From contig AP026128.1 of the NCBI GenBank assembly GCA_030295235.1, positions 1,302,001-1,366,000 on the forward strand: DNA of 64,000 nucleotides. Direction: 5' to 3'. Shown one piece after another: positions 59,807-64,000 of the stretch (positions within the stretch are counted from its first letter, which is position 1; each line of letters begins with the position of its first letter). Position numbers and translations under genes: made by a program. The DNA comes from Fistulifera solaris. Taxonomy: Eukaryota. The notes below the pieces were generated by a model. It searched no databases. It was given only the letters and a program-made list of their open reading frames with translations, and had not been told where the DNA came from.

Positions 59807-60848
59807 ATTTAAGTGGGGAAGCAAGAGCAATGAAGTAAAAGGAAATGGTTTCCAAGTCGAAAAAGTGAAAAAAATGGAAAGATCGCTTTGCAGCAAGATG
59901 ATTCGTTTCTGCCTGTCAAAAGTGCAGGAAAAAAGATCTCTCTTGCTTGACCCGCTGCTACGTGTCACGTTACCTTGTGTCCGGATTGTGGCTCGCCAAG
60001 AACATTGTCCAACATAAGATTCCATAGTCGTGATGTCGGAATTTGTTCGAAGTTCTTTAGTCGGTAAAAATTCATTTACAGTATCGGTAAGGTTTTTTTT
60101 AAATATGCTTTATACGGAGTAATGCGCTTTGCCTCCAGATCTTATTCAAGTCACGTAAAAAGCATTGATTAGACTAACTTTTTATATTAAAAACTAAAAT
60201 AAAAAATGATTATTGATTTCAGCACGACTACACGAGGTAAGGCCTAAGGATATCGGTTACGCCTGATTACTTTTACATGTCGTCAGGAAATAAATCTGCG
60301 TTCACCTAAGGTTTGGAATTTTCGACGGAGAAGCCGTACTGCAAGTCGCAGGCAATATTTCACTCTTCTACCTTCTACCGGGTAACGGGTAAAGTAAATG
60401 GAGTGGAAGCTAATTGTGAGATAATGAAGAAGCCGTTCTCGTCTCTTTGGTCGTTTGAGTGTTGCAAGGAAAAAAAGAAAAAAAGATCAGTCACTGGTCT
60501 TAGTCACGGTCACAGACCTGGAGTTGAAACCGAAAGAACAATTCTCCCACAAATGAAGGATGACCGCTTTATAAATTGTATATAATCATAAGTAGCAGTG
60601 TGCGTCAGAAAGTCATGCGGTCATTTAACCAAGATTTCAAGATATTGAAAGGAATTCGCTCGGAGAAATTACGACGTCGAAGTATAATGGAGATTGTACC
60701 GACATCAGCAACAAAAGCACTAGCAATGAACGACGAACGGCCAAGAACCAAAACATGGCATCCATGTTGTTGCGTCAAAAGCGATTATTATTTCTTTCAT
60801 TGCTTCATTTTTAAAGGGTAAACGAAGTCTTAGCTTCTCACTTCATCA

Positions 60849-62048
60849 ATGGAACGGCGACGCAGTAACGACAACGTTGCTTTATCTCAGCCAAATTACA
60901 GAGAGCCTGAGCAATCAAATCCCGATTTCGAACTCGATCCTCGAAATGCTCGGCGCTTGATCCGTGCTGCTGAAAAGACATTGCCACCGGCTATTGTCAA
61001 AGCGGACGCATCATCTGGCAGTTACAGGCGACAGGATATCAAAGTTGGAAAGGTTCTCGGAATTGGGGGATTCGGTCACGTAAGCGAAGTTCTTTCGATG
61101 AAAGGCTCGAATGACATGTTGGTCATGAAGACACTCGTGCCGCACAAAAACGCGGAGCATGCATTGTTTGCCTGTCATCACATCGCAATGGAAAAGTATA
61201 TTCTAAGCCAATTGGATCATCCCAACATCATCCGTCTCCGTGGAAGCAACAAGGGCGGTTTGAGTGCCATCGCTGAAACAGCTCGAATGGACGCTTGTTT
61301 CTTGCTTCTAGATCGTCTGCCAGAAACACTATCGGATCGCATTGAGCATTGGCAGCGACAGCAGGCGAAACCGAAACGCCGACGAAGTTTTACACAATCA
61401 CTTTCTGCGTTGGTGATTTCGAGAAAGAGCTTCGCGCAGGACCCTGACATCTTTCGCGAAAAACTAGGAATCATGATTCAAATCGCGTCGGCGTTGGAAC
61501 ATCTTCATTCCAAGCGCATCATTCTCAGAGATTTAAAACCGGTAAGTATCTTTCAACACGTCAACATTATTGTTTCTCGTCTTTCTTTTGTCTCACTTTC
61601 GATGTCAACGAAAAAGGATAACGTTGGATTCGATATGAAGGAACGACGCGTCGTCAAGCTCTTTGACTTTGGAATGGCAGAGCCACTCCCTGAAAATGTT
61701 GATTTAGAGAAAACGCACGATTTGGCCGGCAGAGTGGGGACGACACGATATATGGCGACAGAGGTTCTTCGAGAGGAACCGTACAATGTCAAGGCTGATG
61801 TTTTCTCATTTTCTTTGGTTGTGTGGGAAATCTTGACTTTGGAACGTCCCCATGAGCGTTCCAGTCCTGATGCTTCTGTCTTCGGTGAACGCCCGAAGAT
61901 TCCGAAGGAATGGCCTTCAGCTTTGAAACGAATTCTCCAACGCGGCTGGTCCGATGATCTTGAGACGCGGCCTTCGATGATTGAATTCAGATTGGTTCTC
62001 GAGGACTTGAAGCGTCAAGCTGATGAAGAGTCTGATGAAGAGCTTTAA
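60849..62048 (+). CDS. TKL-type protein kinase (75-nt intron 61542-61616)
   Basis: LGIGGFGHV, VMK, LDHPNII, RDLKP|DNVGF, DFGMA, GTTRYMATE, DVFSF. Confidence 0.9.
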   Translation: MERRRSNDNVALSQPNYREPEQSNPDFELDPRNARRLIRAAEKTLPPAIVKADASSGSYRRQDIKVGKVLGIGGFGHVSEVLSMKGSNDMLVMKTLVPHKNAEHALFACHHIAMEKYILSQLDHPNIIRLRGSNKGGLSAIAETARMDACFLLLDRLPETLSDRIEHWQRQQAKPKRRRSFTQSLSALVISRKSFAQDPDIFREKLGIMIQIASALEHLHSKRIILRDLKPVSIFQHVNIIVSRLSFVSLSMSTKKDNVGFDMKERRVVKLFDFGMAEPLPENVDLEKTHDLAGRVGTTRYMATEVLREEPYNVKADVFSFSLVVWEILTLERPHERSSPDASVFGERPKIPKEWPSALKRILQRGWSDDLETRPSMIEFRLVLEDLKRQADEESDEEL

Positions 62049-62139
62049 GTAGTGCATACTATTAGGTAGAAAACACAGCAGCTAATAAAATAATTACTTC
62101 CATTTTGCCGATACGTAGAGCTAATTTATTATTATCTTG

Positions 62140-62833
62140 TTACCATGCTCGCTGACCTTGAGACGCCGCTACGTAAACTGGCTCGGGCATAGGAACTCCC
62201 TGCGGTTCCGAACCTTTCGTTTGCGATTGAGGGCCTTTGTAGGGCAGGAAGTTGGGACCTTTTAACTTGTTTTCACTCTCTTGTTTCGACGAAGCCGAAA
62301 GAGCATCCAAGTAACTCAGATACATGGCAGCTGCTTCCGCCTTTGACTCGATTGGCTCTCCCCTGCGCAGGAGGCAAGCTAGCAAAGATTTCTTGTTTAC
62401 GGCGTTCCGCCATCGAGGGAGTCCCGATGAGCCAGTCATCTCCTCTCTTGTGAATGACAGGTGCATACGTTCCGATTTGAACCGTCTCCAAAACGTCGGC
62501 AGGTAGCAACCACGTTGGAGGTTTGTAAGGGGAATCAGCCATAGCCAAAAGTCGCAACATGTTGGTAACGGCGATAGAAGGATAAATTCGAGGAGGGCCG
62601 TCGTGCGTTCGTCGTCCATCTTTATCGGATCGGCCGATTTTGTGAGAGGTAATAACATCGGCGGGATAGAAAGAAGGATTCTTGGAAGATCTCTCATAGT
62701 CGAAATTGTCTCCTACTTTAAGAAATTCATGTAGCGCGAACGATTTCTGCGACGATCTGATTTCCTGATTCATAAAGGCAGCAACGCTGCTAAAAGACGA
62801 AACGGCGAAAGCGGTGAAAAGAAGTCGGAACAT
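62140..62833 (-). CDS. Hypothetical plastid-targeted protein (possible frameshift ~62360)
   Basis: Signal peptide plus VAA-FMN. Two overlapping ORFs; the true end is 62273 or 62140. Confidence 0.5.
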
Positions 62834-63442
62834 CTTGATGATTTTCTTGATAATAACCTCGATCGATTCTTGCTGACAAGTGTTGTGAATAGCTTAATTG
62901 AAGCTTGATTGCACACGCAAGAGTCTTCAACTTGTTATTGAAATAACAAAACAGGTGAACCTTTGAAAGATCTTGTGCTTGTTGGCTGCTGTCGACTGTC
63001 GATCGAAGTGCGCTTTCGTGATGCTTGCGTGATGGGTGGCCGGGTTCGCTTGCTGGATCCAAAACCGTTGCGGAGTTTCATTTTATTCAGAAATCGAAGC
63101 AGATGTTGCTAGGAACGAAACGTGTTCCGTCTACTCATTTTGAGTGAGGTTAGTTGCACCGGTACTGCAAGACGTAATTTACTTAACGGACTTAAGTCGG
63201 TCGCTGAAAACGACTTGATTCAAATGTGTGACGTGTGACGACGTGTGACACGCCACAGGGAATAAGGAATCATCATCCGTGAGCAACTTCAAAAACTCCG
63301 GATCCTACAAGCTAAGGTGCGTTCTATATTCCTTTAAAAACTTGTTTCATTCTACTGCAGTTTACGCAACAATCAACGTATAAAAAGTAGCCTAGATATG
63401 TAATTTAAATGCTCGACCATTTAACCAACTCATGGTAAAAGC

Positions 63443-64000
63443 TCATTGCCGATCCTGCAACAGTAGTTCCTTCAGAGTGAATAAGGCCATCTCTCGAACC
63501 TTTGTTGATGTTAGCTTGTCTTTTTCTGTTTCGTCCTCTTCATTGTCTGGTGTTTCGACTTTTAACAGAGCGATGTCTTGCGTCTCACTCGCACTCAGTT
63601 GTTCGTTTGTATCCAATGATTCGCTTTTATCCGTCGGTTCGCTGAGGCCGTTGCTCGAACTTTTAGCAACTTCGGCGACATTTTGAACGGAATCATCTTC
63701 TGTGACTCCAAAAGAATGTCCAAGAGTTTCTCTGTCGAAGGTGTGGCACTGTCACTCTTACCGTTGTGTAAACTTGTCACATCATCAACCGTGCGTTCCC
63801 CGTGATGACGATCCCCATTGACAAATGATGTTCCTTCTACCCCATTCAGCTTAGCAAGAACGGAAGAAGGATCGGCGAGATATTGACTGACCGTCTCGTC
63901 CGTCAACTGATCAGAACCATCGGGGCTCCCTGTAAACAAGTATTGCAAAAGTTCCTTAGTTGATGATTTGGCATTGATGGGTGCCGTGGATTCCATCGTT
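63443..64000 (-). CDS. 3' end of a gene continuing beyond the window (frameshift ~63710-63713)
   Basis: Open frame from the window edge. One added T gives an acidic tail ending REMALFTLKELLLQDRQ-stop. Confidence 0.5.

Noticed and set aside
3512..63713. Programmed ribosomal frameshifting or mass pseudogenisation
   Set aside because: Sites are homopolymers on either strand, lack consistent slippery heptamers, and are not accompanied by nonsense decay of the genes.
1..64000. tRNA/rRNA genes and the many short antisense or overlapping ORFs
   Set aside because: No cloverleaf or rRNA motifs were recognised. The short ORFs are shadows of the called genes with no recognisable motifs.

Overview
Gene-dense eukaryotic nuclear DNA, most likely from a diatom. 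This is inferred from short GT-AG introns, signal peptides followed by F/W plastid-transit motifs, and diatom-type bZIP, kinase and glycosyltransferase families. I find about 37 protein-coding genes. Many carry single-base frameshifts in short homopolymers, which are probably assembly errors. The intergenic DNA holds a Stowaway-type MITE, a long foldback element, two families of palindrome-cored tandem arrays (34 bp and ~52 bp), a dispersed ~85-bp hairpin element, and many unrelated 7-bp tandem duplications. The top candidate is a bZIP gene (55829-56750) whose stop codon lies in a 60-nt segment bounded by two 7-nt CNG|NNG stem-loops closed by an 11-bp basal stem. That is the HAC1/XBP1 architecture for IRE1 non-spliceosomal splicing, and removing the segment would add an acidic C-terminal domain. 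The gene sits head-to-head with a short paralogous bZIP across a promoter containing four TGACGT boxes. The second candidate is a divergent pair of plastid-targeted flavoproteins resembling polyunsaturated fatty acid isomerases. All family assignments come from recognising motifs by eye; no searches were run.
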